DNA from: an uncultured delta proteobacterium
GTDB taxonomy: Bacteria > Myxococcota > Myxococcia > Myxococcales > Anaeromyxobacteraceae
DNA length: 64,000 nucleotides
Assembly (NCBI GenBank): GCA_963845515.1
Contig: CAWJSR010000057.1
Span: 96,001 to 160,000, forward strand
Direction of reading: 5' to 3'
Shown: piece after piece, positions 19,073 to 32,257 of the stretch
Layout: every line of letters starts with the position of its first letter
How positions within the stretch are numbered: position 1 is the stretch's first letter
Made by a program: the position numbers and the translations under genes
Notes under the pieces: generated by a model
Database searches by the model: none
The model's input: only the letters and a program-made list of their open reading frames with translations
What the model was told of the DNA's origin: nothing

Positions 19073-19477
19073 TCAGTTCGCGCGGTAGACGAGGCTGCTC
19101 AGCCAGGCCCAGGCGGCGTCGAAGCCACCCAGGATGATAGCGGCCACGAAGCTCGCGGCGATGACCGCGACGGTGGCGGCCCTCGTCTCACGCAACGTCG
19201 GCCATGTGACCCGGCGAAGCTCCAGCGCCACCTCCAGCGAGGCGGTCTGGGTCTTCGGTATGCGCCACGCAACGACGGCCGCGATCGCCGCCGCGGCAAA
19301 GCCGATGACCGTCGAGAGGCTCCAGCCCTCGCCAAAGACGGCGAAGTCGTTGATGCGCGCGTATGAGAACGCGAGCGCGACCACTCGCTCGAGGAAGAAG
19401 CCGAAGGCGACGGCCGCGAGGACGTAGAAGATCGCGACGTACCGCTTGGGCTGCTCCACCCCGCCTGCGTCGTTCAT
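19073..19477 (-). CDS. secE: Preprotein translocase subunit SecE (multi-TM form)
   Basis: ELRRVTWPT motif followed by a TM helix; lies between tRNA-Trp and nusG. Confidence 0.93.
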   Translation of the reverse strand: MNDAGGVEQPKRYVAIFYVLAAVAFGFFLERVVALAFSYARINDFAVFGEGWSLSTVIGFAAAAIAAVVAWRIPKTQTASLEVALELRRVTWPTLRETRAATVAVIAASFVAAIILGGFDAAWAWLSSLVYRAN

Positions 19478-19520
19478 GACTCTGCCGGCCCTCTTCGGTG
19501 AAGTGGGACTTCCGTCTATG

Positions 19521-19596
19521 TGGCAGGCCAGGAGGGATTCGAACCCCCAACCCGCGGTTTTGGAGACCGCTGCTCTGCCGTTGGAGCTACTGGCCT
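19521..19596 (-). tRNA. tRNA-Trp(CCA)
   Basis: Cloverleaf AGGCCAG..CTGGCCT-G-CCA, anticodon loop CT-CCA-AA, TTCGAAT T-loop. Confidence 0.97.
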
Positions 19597-19617
19597 AACC
19601 TGGTTCGCTCACCCGGG

Positions 19618-19776
19618 CTACTTCGTCTCCTTGTGCGCCTGGTGCTTGCGGCACCGGGGGCAGTACTTGGAGCGGTTGAGCTTCTCCTGCGTCTTCTTCT
19701 TGTTCTTGGTCGTCGAGTAGTTCCGCTCTTTGCAGGCGGTGCACTCGAGGGTGATGATGGTGCGATTGCCAGCCAT
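19618..19776 (-). CDS. rpmG: 50S ribosomal protein L33, Zn-binding (C+) type; not in the ORF track
   Basis: Translated by hand: [52 protein letters not shown]. Confidence 0.97.
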   Translation of the reverse strand: MAGNRTIITLECTACKERNYSTTKNKKKTQEKLNRSKYCPRCRKHQAHKETK

Positions 19777-19791
19777 GGCTTCACTTCCTTC

Positions 19792-20982
<1,191 letters not shown>

Positions 20983-21040
20983 GTTGCGCTCCTCTGTGTT
21001 CGGCGGCGGGTGACTTGGCTTCCCTGCGCGCTGTGATGAC

Positions 21041-21116
<76 letters not shown>

Positions 21117-21138
21117 CTTTTCTTTGTGTCGACCTCAC

Positions 21139-21214
<76 letters not shown>

Positions 21215-21264
21215 AAGTTTCGCTGCGACTTCGTCCTCGACGTTTCTGGGGTCGGAAGGCTGAT

Positions 21265-21350
21265 TGGTGGAGGGGGGTGGATTCGAACCACCGAAGGCGT
21301 AAGCCGGCAGATTTACAGTCTGCTCCCTTTGGCCGCTCGGGAACCCCTCC
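21265..21350 (-). tRNA. tRNA-Tyr(GTA)
   Basis: GGAGGGG..CCCCTCC-A-CCA, anticodon loop CT-GTA-AA, long variable arm. Confidence 0.97.
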
Positions 21351-21398
21351 AAACTCTAGTTGCTCGTCCTCGTTGAACCTCTAGAACCCCACGCTCAC

Positions 21399-21474
21399 TG
21401 GAGCTGGCGGTGGGATTCGAACCCGCGACCTGCTGCTTACAAGGCAGCTGCTCTGCCAACTGAGCTACGCCAGC
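21399..21474 (-). tRNA. tRNA-Thr(TGT)
   Basis: GCTGGCG..CGCCAGC-T-CCA, anticodon loop CT-TGT-AA. Confidence 0.96.
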
Positions 21475-21551
21475 GAAACGACTGGGACTGATGCAGGTTG
21501 GCCGCCCCGGTCAATCTGAGGACAAGCCGCTCCTGCCGTGTGGAGCCGCGT

Positions 21552-21580
21552 CTTGTAAACAAGCGGCGGATTCTTGTCAA
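21552..21580 (-). promoter_or_regulatory. Sigma-70 promoter of the tRNA-tuf operon
   Basis: TTGACA-N17-TACAAG followed by a GC-rich discriminator, about 80 nt upstream of tRNA-Thr. Confidence 0.65.
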
Positions 21581-22338
21581 GTAGGTAAACCGGAAGGCCT
21601 TTTTTGGCCAGCCGCGGTCCGCTGCCGCGCTGCCTCGTAGAGTGCCACCGCTGCGGTCGCCGAGACGTTGAGGCTCTCGAATCCACCCTTCATGGGGATG
21701 CGAGCGACGAAGTCGCAGGAGCGCCTGACCAGCGGACGAACGCCCTCCCCTTCGCTTCCCAGCACCACGGCGATGGGGCCGTGAAGCTCGACCTCCTCCA
21801 GCGTCCTGTCGCCGTCGGCGGCCAGCGCTACGGTCCAGACCCCAGCCGCCTTGAGTTCCTCCAGTGATCTCGCAATGTTCACCACGCGCGCCACGCGGCA
21901 GCGCTCGATGGCACCAGCGGAGGCCTTGGCGACGACCGGGGTCACTCCCACTGCCCTGTCGCGGGGAATGACGACCCCGTGGGCGCCGAGCGCCTGCGCC
22001 GAACGGATGATGGCCCCCAGGTTGTGTGGGTCCTCGACCCCGTCCAGGACGACCAGCAGCGGCGGCTGGCTCGCCGCGGCTGCCGCCGCCAGCAGGTCCT
22101 CCAGCTCCGAGTACCGGAAGTCCGCGACGACCGCGACGACCCCCTGGTGGCGATCGCTCCCGGAGATCTTGTCGAGCCGCGCACGCGGCGCGTGGCGGAC
22201 CTGTGCGCCGAGCTCCCGGCCGAGCCGCTCCAGCTCGGGCGCCGCACGGACTCCGCCCTCCTGGAGCCAGAGCTCGGAGACCTCTCCGCCTGCCTGGAGG
22301 AGCTCCCGGACCGGGTTGACGCCGTAGACGAGCCTCAC
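21577..22338 (-). CDS. rlmB: 23S rRNA (Gm2251) methyltransferase RlmB
   Basis: HQGVVA, LDGVEDPHNLGAIIRSA, GSEGEG and ESLNVS (SpoU family). Confidence 0.93.
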   Translation of the reverse strand: MRLVYGVNPVRELLQAGGEVSELWLQEGGVRAAPELERLGRELGAQVRHAPRARLDKISGSDRHQGVVAVVADFRYSELEDLLAAAAAASQPPLLVVLDGVEDPHNLGAIIRSAQALGAHGVVIPRDRAVGVTPVVAKASAGAIERCRVARVVNIARSLEELKAAGVWTVALAADGDRTLEEVELHGPIAVVLGSEGEGVRPLVRRSCDFVARIPMKGGFESLNVSATAAVALYEAARQRTAAGQKRPSGLPT

Positions 22339-22356
22339 GCGACCTCCGCCCGCCCC

Positions 22357-22842
22357 TCAGCGCACGTCGAGCGCCGCGGTCGCGGTCTCGTTGCGCGTCA
22401 CGCACCAGGCCGGCTCCGTCTCCTTGCAGATCGCGAAGCGGAGGCTGGCCTGGACCTGCTGTGCACCGGGAGCAGTCGCGGTGCCCACGACGTCCCAGCG
22501 CCGCCCCTTCGCGGCCGGATCGACCGCGTCGGCGTGGCCGAGCGTCGGCTTCGGGATCCCCACGCCGGGGCTCGGCGCGAGCGTGACCTTGAGCGGGAAC
22601 TCCTGCTGGACGTGCACGTCGGGGCGCGTCATCGTGATCTCGATCGCGAGCGTCGCCTCCGCGCCGCGCGCGACCGAGCCCGGCGCGAACGCCGCGCGGA
22701 CCTGGTAGCTGCCAGCCGCCTCGCTGACGGCGTCGTAAGGCGCCGGCGGTGCGGCGGCGGCGGGCGGCGGCGCGGCCGGCTTGCCCGCGTCACCGCAGGC
22801 GGCGGCGAGCGCTAGGAGGGCGATGGCGATGGGGCGGATCAT
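22357..22842 (-). CDS. Hypothetical lipoprotein
   Basis: Lipobox LAAAC, Pro/Ala linker, and a beta-rich domain with a C-terminal Cys pair (ICKETEPAWC). Confidence 0.75.
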   Translation of the reverse strand: MIRPIAIALLALAAACGDAGKPAAPPPAAAAPPAPYDAVSEAAGSYQVRAAFAPGSVARGAEATLAIEITMTRPDVHVQQEFPLKVTLAPSPGVGIPKPTLGHADAVDPAAKGRRWDVVGTATAPGAQQVQASLRFAICKETEPAWCVTRNETATAALDVR

Positions 22843-22890
22843 GGATGAGGGGGCCTCGATGCGGCATCTATAGCACGGCGACCGCCGGCG

Positions 22891-23844
22891 TCAGCGCGGG
22901 CCGGCCGCCTGCCGGGGAGCCGCCTGGGGAGCGGCGGAGCGACGTCCGGGGCTACGCCGTTTGGGCGCCACTCCGGCCAGCGCCATGGCGCGCTCCACGA
23001 TGCGGCCGGCGACATCGACGCCGCATTCGGTCTCGGCCTCCCTTATGGACGGGGAGCTATTGACCTCGAAGACGTGGGGGCCGCCGTTGACGTCGAGCAT
23101 GTCGACGGCGCAGGCCTCGAGCCTCAGGATCCGGGCCGCCTCCGCAGCTATCCGGGCGTGGTGCGCCGGCAGCTCCACGGCCTCGAAGCGCGCCCCCCGA
23201 CGGAGATCCTTCGAGAGGCGGCCCACCGGCGCGCTGCGCCGCATGGCGGCCACCACCTCGCCGCCGATGACGAGCGCTCGGAGGTCGCGGGCGCGCCTGC
23301 CGTGCAGGTACTGCTGGACCACGATGTTCTGGCCAAGCCCCAGGATCGCCTCCAGCGCAGCCTCCAGTGACTGGAGGCTCTCGCAGATCATCACACCGCT
23401 CCGCTCGTTGCTGGAGAGGAGCTTGACCATCACGGGCGGCCCGCCGACCAGCCGCACCATCTCCTTCAGGCCGGAGGGGTTCGACGCCATGACCGTCCGC
23501 GGCACCGGCACCCCCTCCGTGGCGAGGAGCTGGAGGCAGCGCATCTTGTTGCGGCTGGCCGCGATGCCCCAGGAGCCGTTGAGGACCGCCACCCCGAGCA
23601 GCTCCAGCTGGTTCACGACCGCCAGGCCGTACTGGTGGACCGAGAGCCCGATGCGGGGGACCACGACGTCGGTCTTCGGGAACCGCTTCCCGCGCCAGTA
23701 GACCGCCGGACCGCCGGCGCCGAGCCCCATCTCGACGTCGAGCGGATCGACGACGCGGACGCCGAGCCCCCGCTCGCGCGCGGCCTCGCCGAGGCGACGG
23801 GTCGTGTAGATGGAAGTCGAGCGGGAGAGGATCGTCAGGTGCAC
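22891..23844 (-). CDS. RimK-family ATP-grasp ligase
   Basis: ILSR..YTTRRL, VVPRIG, DLRALVIGGEVVAAMRR, VDML and EVNSSP. Confidence 0.88.
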   Translation of the reverse strand: MHLTILSRSTSIYTTRRLGEAARERGLGVRVVDPLDVEMGLGAGGPAVYWRGKRFPKTDVVVPRIGLSVHQYGLAVVNQLELLGVAVLNGSWGIAASRNKMRCLQLLATEGVPVPRTVMASNPSGLKEMVRLVGGPPVMVKLLSSNERSGVMICESLQSLEAALEAILGLGQNIVVQQYLHGRRARDLRALVIGGEVVAAMRRSAPVGRLSKDLRRGARFEAVELPAHHARIAAEAARILRLEACAVDMLDVNGGPHVFEVNSSPSIREAETECGVDVAGRIVERAMALAGVAPKRRSPGRRSAAPQAAPRQAAGPR

Positions 23845-24012
23845 GGTGGCTCGCGAGCGTACGCCGAATCAGCGTGATTGCGAAGGACGCGCCCCCCCGC
23901 GGGCGGCCGCGCCGCTGCGTGTGCCGCCGCGCTCGAGCGGGGACGATCCCCCTCACCACACACCTGGTGAGACGAGGAGGGGGCAGCCGATGCCGGCCGC
24001 CCCCGCTCGCCC

Positions 24013-24465
24013 CTATTTCATCGCGAACTTGTCCGGGTTCTTCTGGAACTCCTGGACGCAGTTCTCGCAGCAGAAGAAGTAGCTCTTGCCCTTGTAGTCG
24101 ATCACCGGCGTGGTCTTGGCCACCTCGAACTTCGTCCCCATGACCTGACAGGTGACCATCGTGCCGACCTCAGCGGACGTCGGCTCGCGCGGCTGCAGCA
24201 GGCCTTCCGAGAACTTGTCGGGGTTCTTCTTGAAGTCGGCGACGCAGTGATCGCAGCAGAAGAAGTAGCTCTTGCCCTTGTAGTCGATGACCTGGGTGTT
24301 CTTGGCCACCTCGAAGTTGATGTTCATCACGGGACAGAGCGCCTTCTTCCCGACCTCGGCCGGAGTCGCATGGCGGACCTTCATGGTCTCCGTGGCGGTC
24401 GCGCGACCGACGCCGAGGAAGCCGATGCACAGCGCGAGAGCGGCCAGCGATACATGACGCCTCAT
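24013..24465 (-). CDS. Secreted protein with two YHS domains
   Basis: Signal peptide, then two repeats of C(P/Q)VM..IDYKGKSYFFCCxxC..F.KNPDKF. Confidence 0.85.
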   Translation of the reverse strand: MRRHVSLAALALCIGFLGVGRATATETMKVRHATPAEVGKKALCPVMNINFEVAKNTQVIDYKGKSYFFCCDHCVADFKKNPDKFSEGLLQPREPTSAEVGTMVTCQVMGTKFEVAKTTPVIDYKGKSYFFCCENCVQEFQKNPDKFAMK

Positions 24466-24699
24466 GGGTAGCTCCTCATGGGTTCGCAGCGCCGATGAAC
24501 GCGGCACTGGCCCCGCAAGGAAGGGGCGCCGTCCGCTCGATTCAAGAACCCTCCGAGGTGCTCGCGGCGTTTCCCGGTGTTGCAAGGCGGCCGAGGGGCC
24601 GATGAGCCGCGCGCGGCGCGAAAAGGGCCGCCCCGGAGGGCGGCCCTGCGCGCTTCGACCCCCTGCCCTCCCCGCCCGGAGGCGGGAGAGGGGGGCGCC

Positions 24700-26610
24700 T
24701 CAGACCTGCTTGAACTCCGCGTCGACCACGTCGCCCTGCTTCTCCCCCTCGGGCTTGGGAGCCCCGCCCTCGGGGGCGACGCCCGGGGCGGCGCCGGGGG
24801 CGCCTTCGGCCGGGGCGGTCTTGTAGAGCTCCTCGGCGGCCTTGTGGCTCGCCTTCTCCAGCCGCTCCATCGCCGCCTTGATCTCCTCCGCGCTCCCCTT
24901 CTCGCGGAGCTTGTGGACCTCGGCGATGCCCTCTTCGATCTCCTTGGCGATCTCGGCCGGGATCTTCTCCTTGTTCTCCTTCAGGAGCTTCTCCATCTGG
25001 TACGCGAGGTTCTCGGCGCGGTTGCGGATCTCGACCTCCTCGCGCCGCGTCTTGTCCTCCGCCTCGTGCGACTGGGCGTCGGCCACCATCTTCTCCACCT
25101 CGTCCTTCGCGAGCCCCGAGCTGTGGCTGATGGTGATCTTGGTCTCCTTGCCGGTCCCCTTGTCCTTCGCGGAGACGTTGAGGATGCCGTTCGCGTCGAT
25201 GTCGAAGGTGACCTCGACCTGCGGGACGCCGCGCGGCGCGGGCGGGATCCCCTCCAGGTGGAAGCGCCCGAGGGTCCGGTTGTCGCGGGCCATCTCGCGC
25301 TCGCCCTGGAGCACGTGGATCTCGACCGAGGTCTGGCTGTCAGAGGCGGTGGAGTAGGTCTCCGCCTTCTTGCACGGGATGGTCGTGTTCCGCTCGATCA
25401 TGCGGGTCATCACGCCGCCGAGCGTCTCGACGCCGAGAGAGAGCGGCGTGACGTCGAGGAGGAGGATGTCCTTCACCTCGCCGGAGAGCACGCCGGCCTG
25501 GATGGCGGCGCCGACCGCGACCACCTCGTCCGGGTTGACGGTCCGGTTCGGCTCCTTGCCGAAGTACTTCTTCACGGACTCGATGATGGCCGGCATGCGG
25601 GTCTGGCCGCCGACCATGACGATCTCGTCGATCTGCTTCGGCTCGAGCTTCGCGTCGGCGAGGCACTTGCGCGTGGGCTCCAGCGACCGCTCGATGAGCG
25701 GCGCCACCATCTGCTCCAGCTTGGCGCGGGAGAGCTTGATGGCCAGGTGCTTCGGGCCGGTCTGGTCCGCCGTCAGGAACGGCAGGTTGATCTCGCTCTC
25801 CAGCATCGAGGAGAGCTCGATCTTGGCCTTCTCCGCGGCCTCCTTGAGGCGCTGGAGGACCATCTTGTCCTTCGAGACGTCGAGGCCGGAGTCCTTCTTG
25901 AACTCCGCGATCAGCCAGTCGATGATCGTCTGGTCGATGTTGTCGCCGCCGAGGTGGGTGTCACCGTTGGTCGCGAGCACCTCCACCACGTTCTCGCCCA
26001 CCTCGAGGATCGAGATGTCGAACGTGCCGCCGCCGAAGTCGTAGACGGCGATCTTCTCGTTCTTCTTCTTGTCGAGGCCGTAGGCGAGCGCCGCCGCGGT
26101 CGGCTCGTTGACGATGCGCCGGACCGTGAGCCCCGCGATCTCGCCCGCGTCCTTCGTGGCCTGCCGCTGGGCATCGTTGAAGTAGGCCGGGACCGTGATG
26201 ACGGCGTCGGTCACCTTGTCGCCCAGGTAGGTCTCCGCCGCACGCTTCAGCTTGAGGAGCACCTGGGCGCTGATCTCGGGGGGAGAGTTCGGCTTGCCGT
26301 CGATGTCGACGCGGGCGTCCCCACCCTGCCCCTCGACGACCTTGTACGGGACGCGCCTCGACTCCTCCGAGACCTCGGAGAAGCGACGCCCCATGAAGCG
26401 CTTGATGGAATAGATGGTCCGCTCGGGGTTGGTGATGGCCTGCCGCTTTGCCACCTGTCCGACCAGCCGCTCACCGTCCTTCGTGTAGGCCACCACGGAC
26501 GGCGTGATCCGCGAACCCTCCTCGTTGGCGATGACGACGGGGTCCTTCCCCTCCATCACTGCCACGACGGAGTTGGTCGTACCCAGGTCGATGCCGATGA
26601 TCTTGCCCAT
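24700..26610 (-). CDS. dnaK: Chaperone DnaK
   Basis: [35 protein letters not shown], full lid and VVDAEF tail. Confidence 0.98.
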   Translation of the reverse strand: MGKIIGIDLGTTNSVVAVMEGKDPVVIANEEGSRITPSVVAYTKDGERLVGQVAKRQAITNPERTIYSIKRFMGRRFSEVSEESRRVPYKVVEGQGGDARVDIDGKPNSPPEISAQVLLKLKRAAETYLGDKVTDAVITVPAYFNDAQRQATKDAGEIAGLTVRRIVNEPTAAALAYGLDKKKNEKIAVYDFGGGTFDISILEVGENVVEVLATNGDTHLGGDNIDQTIIDWLIAEFKKDSGLDVSKDKMVLQRLKEAAEKAKIELSSMLESEINLPFLTADQTGPKHLAIKLSRAKLEQMVAPLIERSLEPTRKCLADAKLEPKQIDEIVMVGGQTRMPAIIESVKKYFGKEPNRTVNPDEVVAVGAAIQAGVLSGEVKDILLLDVTPLSLGVETLGGVMTRMIERNTTIPCKKAETYSTASDSQTSVEIHVLQGEREMARDNRTLGRFHLEGIPPAPRGVPQVEVTFDIDANGILNVSAKDKGTGKETKITISHSSGLAKDEVEKMVADAQSHEAEDKTRREEVEIRNRAENLAYQMEKLLKENKEKIPAEIAKEIEEGIAEVHKLREKGSAEEIKAAMERLEKASHKAAEELYKTAPAEGAPGAAPGVAPEGGAPKPEGEKQGDVVDAEFKQV

Positions 26611-26632
26611 TGAACTCCTCCTGATGACGGGC

Positions 26633-26660
26633 AACGTAAGTACGCGCAGCCACCTGTCAA
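26633..26660 (-). promoter_or_regulatory. Putative sigma-70-type promoter of dnaK
   Basis: TTGACA-N16-TACGTT upstream of the AGGAGG RBS. Confidence 0.5.
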
Positions 26661-26735
26661 ACCGCCGATATGCATATTTACGGACCCGGCCGAGCCGCGT
26701 AGGCGGCTACGCAGCCGCCACCCTGCCGCGGCGCA

Positions 26736-26824
26736 CTAAGGTGACACTTTAGGGTCATCATTTCCTACAACCAGTTGATTATCCTCACGCCCCGATCATG
26801 ACGCAGCGTGGCATCGCCCTTGCT
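26736..26824 (+). promoter_or_regulatory. Sigma-54 promoter with IHF site and upstream palindrome
   Basis: TGGCAT-N5-TTGCT at 26809-26824. IHF consensus AATCAA-N4-TTG on the minus strand at 26768-26780. Inverted repeat CTAAGGTG-A-CACTTTAG at 26736-26752. Confidence 0.7.
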
Positions 26825-26844
26825 GCACCAGAGACCGGCCCCAA

Positions 26845-27933
26845 GTGACCCTCCGCTCCTCGACCTCTCCGTCCCCCGCGCGCGCCGTCTCGGCCGCGCC
26901 TAGACCCGCGCCGGGCGGCGTGCCCGCGGTCCTACTGAACGCGCACGCCAAACGGGTCACGCCCCGCGTGCGGGCGGCCGTCGAGGCGGCCGTAGGCGAC
27001 GAGAACGTCTTCCTTTCCCGAGACCTCGACGACGCCGACGCCATCGCGGCGCGGGTGATCGCGGCGGGGTACGGGACGGTCTTCGCCGCCGGCGGCGACG
27101 GCACCTTCGTGGGCTGGGTGAACCGGCTCGTCCGCGAGGCGGGGCGCCAGCACCGTCCCGTGCCGTGCTTCGGGATCCTGGCGCTCGGCACCGGGAACGC
27201 GGTCGCCGGCCTCGTCGGCACCACCTCCCGCACCTTCCTGGACGACCTCGCGCGCTTCGTCCGTGGCGATGCCATCGCGACGCGCTCCATAGATCTCGTG
27301 GACTGCGAGGGGCGCCACACCCCCTTCGCCGGGACGGGCGCGGACGCGGCCGTCATCAACGACTACAACTGGCTCCGGCTCCGCCTCCGCGACACGCCGC
27401 TTAAGGCGCTGGGGACCGGCGCCGCCGGCTTCGGCCTCGCGGCGGCGCTCCGCACCGCGCCCCGCCACCTCCTCGAGCGGCTGCCCTACTGCGAGATCGT
27501 CAACGCGGGCAGGCCGGCGTGGCGGCTCGATGTGGACGGCGCGCGGCTCGGACGGGAGATCCCCAGCGGCGATCTGCTCTACGCCGGCCCGTGCCTGATG
27601 GCCGCGGCCAGCACCGTGCCGTTCTGGGGGCTCGGCATCCGCGCGTTCCCCTTCGCGGGCACCGCCGCGGGCGCGATGCACCTCAGGGTGGCCAGCCGGA
27701 TCCCGGTGCCGACCGTTCTGCTCAACCTCCCGCGCATCTGGAGCGGCGCGTTCCGCCACCCCGGGCTCCACGACTTCCACGCCGACCGCGTCACGCTCCG
27801 CTTCGACAGGCCGGCCCCGCTGCAGATCGGCGGCGACGCGGAGGGGCTCCGGGAGACGGTGACGATGGGCGTCGTCTCCGAGCCGATAGAGGTGGTCGAC
27901 TTCTCCGGCGTCGCTCGGCGCGGCCTCCGCTGA
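26845..27933 (+). CDS. Diacylglycerol/lipid kinase family protein
   Basis: LLNAHA, AAGGDGT, LALGTGNA and LQIGGD. Confidence 0.85.
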   Translation: MTLRSSTSPSPARAVSAAPRPAPGGVPAVLLNAHAKRVTPRVRAAVEAAVGDENVFLSRDLDDADAIAARVIAAGYGTVFAAGGDGTFVGWVNRLVREAGRQHRPVPCFGILALGTGNAVAGLVGTTSRTFLDDLARFVRGDAIATRSIDLVDCEGRHTPFAGTGADAAVINDYNWLRLRLRDTPLKALGTGAAGFGLAAALRTAPRHLLERLPYCEIVNAGRPAWRLDVDGARLGREIPSGDLLYAGPCLMAAASTVPFWGLGIRAFPFAGTAAGAMHLRVASRIPVPTVLLNLPRIWSGAFRHPGLHDFHADRVTLRFDRPAPLQIGGDAEGLRETVTMGVVSEPIEVVDFSGVARRGLR

Positions 27934-27939
27934 CCTGCC

Positions 27940-28221
27940 TCACAGCGCGTAGACGACGCGCCCGTCCTGCTTGAGCGCGACGTAGATCGCCAGCCGCTCC
28001 TCCTCGGAGCGGAGCATCACCGTGATCGTGACCGAGAGGTACTTGCCGCCGGCGCTGGCGCGCACCGTCACCCGCTCCGCCGGGACGTCCTCGACCACGC
28101 GGGCGACCAGCCTCCTCGCGTGCTCGGGGAAGTCGTCCGCGGCGAGTCCCATTATCTTGAGGGTGTACTCCGCCGGGTAGCTGAAGCCGGCGCCGCCAGC
28201 ACCCGGGGAGCCCTGGGTCAC
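27940..28221 (-). CDS. YbeD/DUF493 family protein
   Basis: FSYPAEYTLKIMG..SAGGKYLSVTI..IYVALK..V. Confidence 0.8.
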   Translation of the reverse strand: MTQGSPGAGGAGFSYPAEYTLKIMGLAADDFPEHARRLVARVVEDVPAERVTVRASAGGKYLSVTITVMLRSEEERLAIYVALKQDGRVVYAL

Positions 28222-29537
28222 AGCAGGTTCGCAGCGAGCTCGGCGAGCGCGCTGCGCTCCCCCTTGCCGAGGGTGATGTGGCCGGCGAGCCGCTCGCTCT
28301 TGAAGCGGTTCACGACGTGGATGAGCCCGTTGTTGGTCTGATCGACGTAGGGGTTGTCGATCTGGTACGGGTCGCCGGTCAGCACGATCTTGGTCCCGTC
28401 GCCGACGCGCGTGATGATGGTCTTCACCTCGTGCGGCGTCAGGTTCTGGGCCTCGTCGACGATGATGAACTGGTTCGGGATCGAGCGACCGCGGATGTAG
28501 GTGAGCGGCTCGATCTCGAGGATCCCGAGGTCCATCAGCTCGTGGTATCCGCGCCCCTGCTTCTTCTCGGAGCGCGACAGGTTCATCAGGTACTCGACGT
28601 TGTCGAAGATCGGCTGCATCCAGGGGTTGAGCTTCTCCTCCACGTCCCCCGGCAGGTAGCCGATGTCCTTGCCCAGCGGGAAGATCGGCCGGGAGACGAG
28701 CAGCTTCTGGTAGACCCCCTCCTCCATCGTCTTCTGGAGCCCGGCCGCGATGGCGAGCAGCGTCTTGCCGGTGCCGGCCTTGCCGACCATCGTCACCAGA
28801 CGGACCTCGTCGTTGAGCAGGAGGTCGAGCGCGAAGGTCTGCTCCTTGTTGCGCCCGCGGATCCCCCAGACCCCCTCCTTCGGCGACTTGATGAGCTGGA
28901 CGAAGGCCTGCCGGGCCGCGCTGTACTTGCCCACCGCGGAGTGCTGCGGATTGGCGCGATCGCGGATCAGCACGAAGGCGTTGGGGGGCGGCGGCTCGAT
29001 CCCCTCGGGGCACGGGATCGCGCCCTGTGCGTAGAACTCGTCGACGAGCTCCGGCTCGACGTCGACCTCCGCCACGCCGCTCCAGACCTCGTCGATCTCG
29101 ACGCCCTCGACGTCGTAGTCCTCCGCCCGCAGCCCGAGCGCGTCGGCCCGGATGCGGAGGTTGGTGTCCTTGGTCACGAAGAGGGTCGGCTTGCCCTTCT
29201 CTGCATCCTGCAGCCAGAGCGCGACCGCGAGGATCTTGTCGTCGGTCGTCTTGCTGTCCTGCAGCCCCGGGACGTGCCGCTCCGCCATCAGGACGCGGAT
29301 GGCCCCCTTGCCGTCGCCGAGCGACACCCCCTCCTTGAGCTTCCCCTTCTCCCGGAACTCGTCGAGGTAGCGGGAGACCTGGCGCGCGTTCCTCCCCAGC
29401 GTGGAGAGGTCGCGCTTGAAGTTGTCGATCTCCTCGATGACGTAGATGGGGACGACGACGTCGTTGTCGTCGAAGCCGAAGAGCGATCTGGGATCGTGGA
29501 GGAGAACGTTTGTGTCGAGTACGAAGTTCTTCTTCAC
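28218..29537 (-). CDS. PIN-PhoH (PhoH2/YlaK-like) protein
   Basis: N-terminal PIN (FVLDTNVLLHDP) plus PhoH ATPase (GKAGTGKT, IRGRS, DEAQN). Confidence 0.92.
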   Translation of the reverse strand: MKKNFVLDTNVLLHDPRSLFGFDDNDVVVPIYVIEEIDNFKRDLSTLGRNARQVSRYLDEFREKGKLKEGVSLGDGKGAIRVLMAERHVPGLQDSKTTDDKILAVALWLQDAEKGKPTLFVTKDTNLRIRADALGLRAEDYDVEGVEIDEVWSGVAEVDVEPELVDEFYAQGAIPCPEGIEPPPPNAFVLIRDRANPQHSAVGKYSAARQAFVQLIKSPKEGVWGIRGRNKEQTFALDLLLNDEVRLVTMVGKAGTGKTLLAIAAGLQKTMEEGVYQKLLVSRPIFPLGKDIGYLPGDVEEKLNPWMQPIFDNVEYLMNLSRSEKKQGRGYHELMDLGILEIEPLTYIRGRSIPNQFIIVDEAQNLTPHEVKTIITRVGDGTKIVLTGDPYQIDNPYVDQTNNGLIHVVNRFKSERLAGHITLGKGERSALAELAANLL

Positions 29538-29597
29538 GCCGCCGCCTCGCCGTAGGGGACGCCGGGAGCGGCGTCCCCGCGATACTAGCAAGAAAGC

Positions 29598-31893
<2,296 letters not shown>

Positions 31894-31897
<4 letters not shown>

Positions 31898-32208
31898 GGC
31901 GGGGTCCGTACCTCTCCATCGGTCAGGATTACGATCTCGCCGGGGCGCACGAAGCGAAGCTCCTCGCGCACGGCGCGCTCGATCGCCTCGGGGTCGCTCC
32001 GGAGCGCGACCGCCTCGCGCGCCAACCGGGCGTTCTCCGCGGCGAGCCGTACGTTCTCCGCGCGCATCCGCTCCACCTCGACCGCCATCCTCACGTGCTT
32101 GCGGATGCCGGACGGGTCGAGCGCGGACGCGGCCGCGAGGAGCGCCACGGCCCCAACGAAGAGGAGGATCTTTTTCCGCTGTCGTGGCGGGGACATACGA
32201 GGGTCCAC
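31894..32208 (-). CDS. ftsB: Septum formation initiator FtsB
   Basis: TM segment, coiled coil and IERAVREELRFVRPGEIV. Confidence 0.85.
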
Positions 32209-32257
32209 GCAACCCTATCAGGGTGCGCGGACCCGTCCAGAAATCGGACGATAACGC

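Noticed and set aside
26611..26760. CIRCE element upstream of dnaK
   Set aside because: No TTAGCACTC-N9-GAGTGCTAA match. The palindrome present fits the divergent sigma-54 promoter better.
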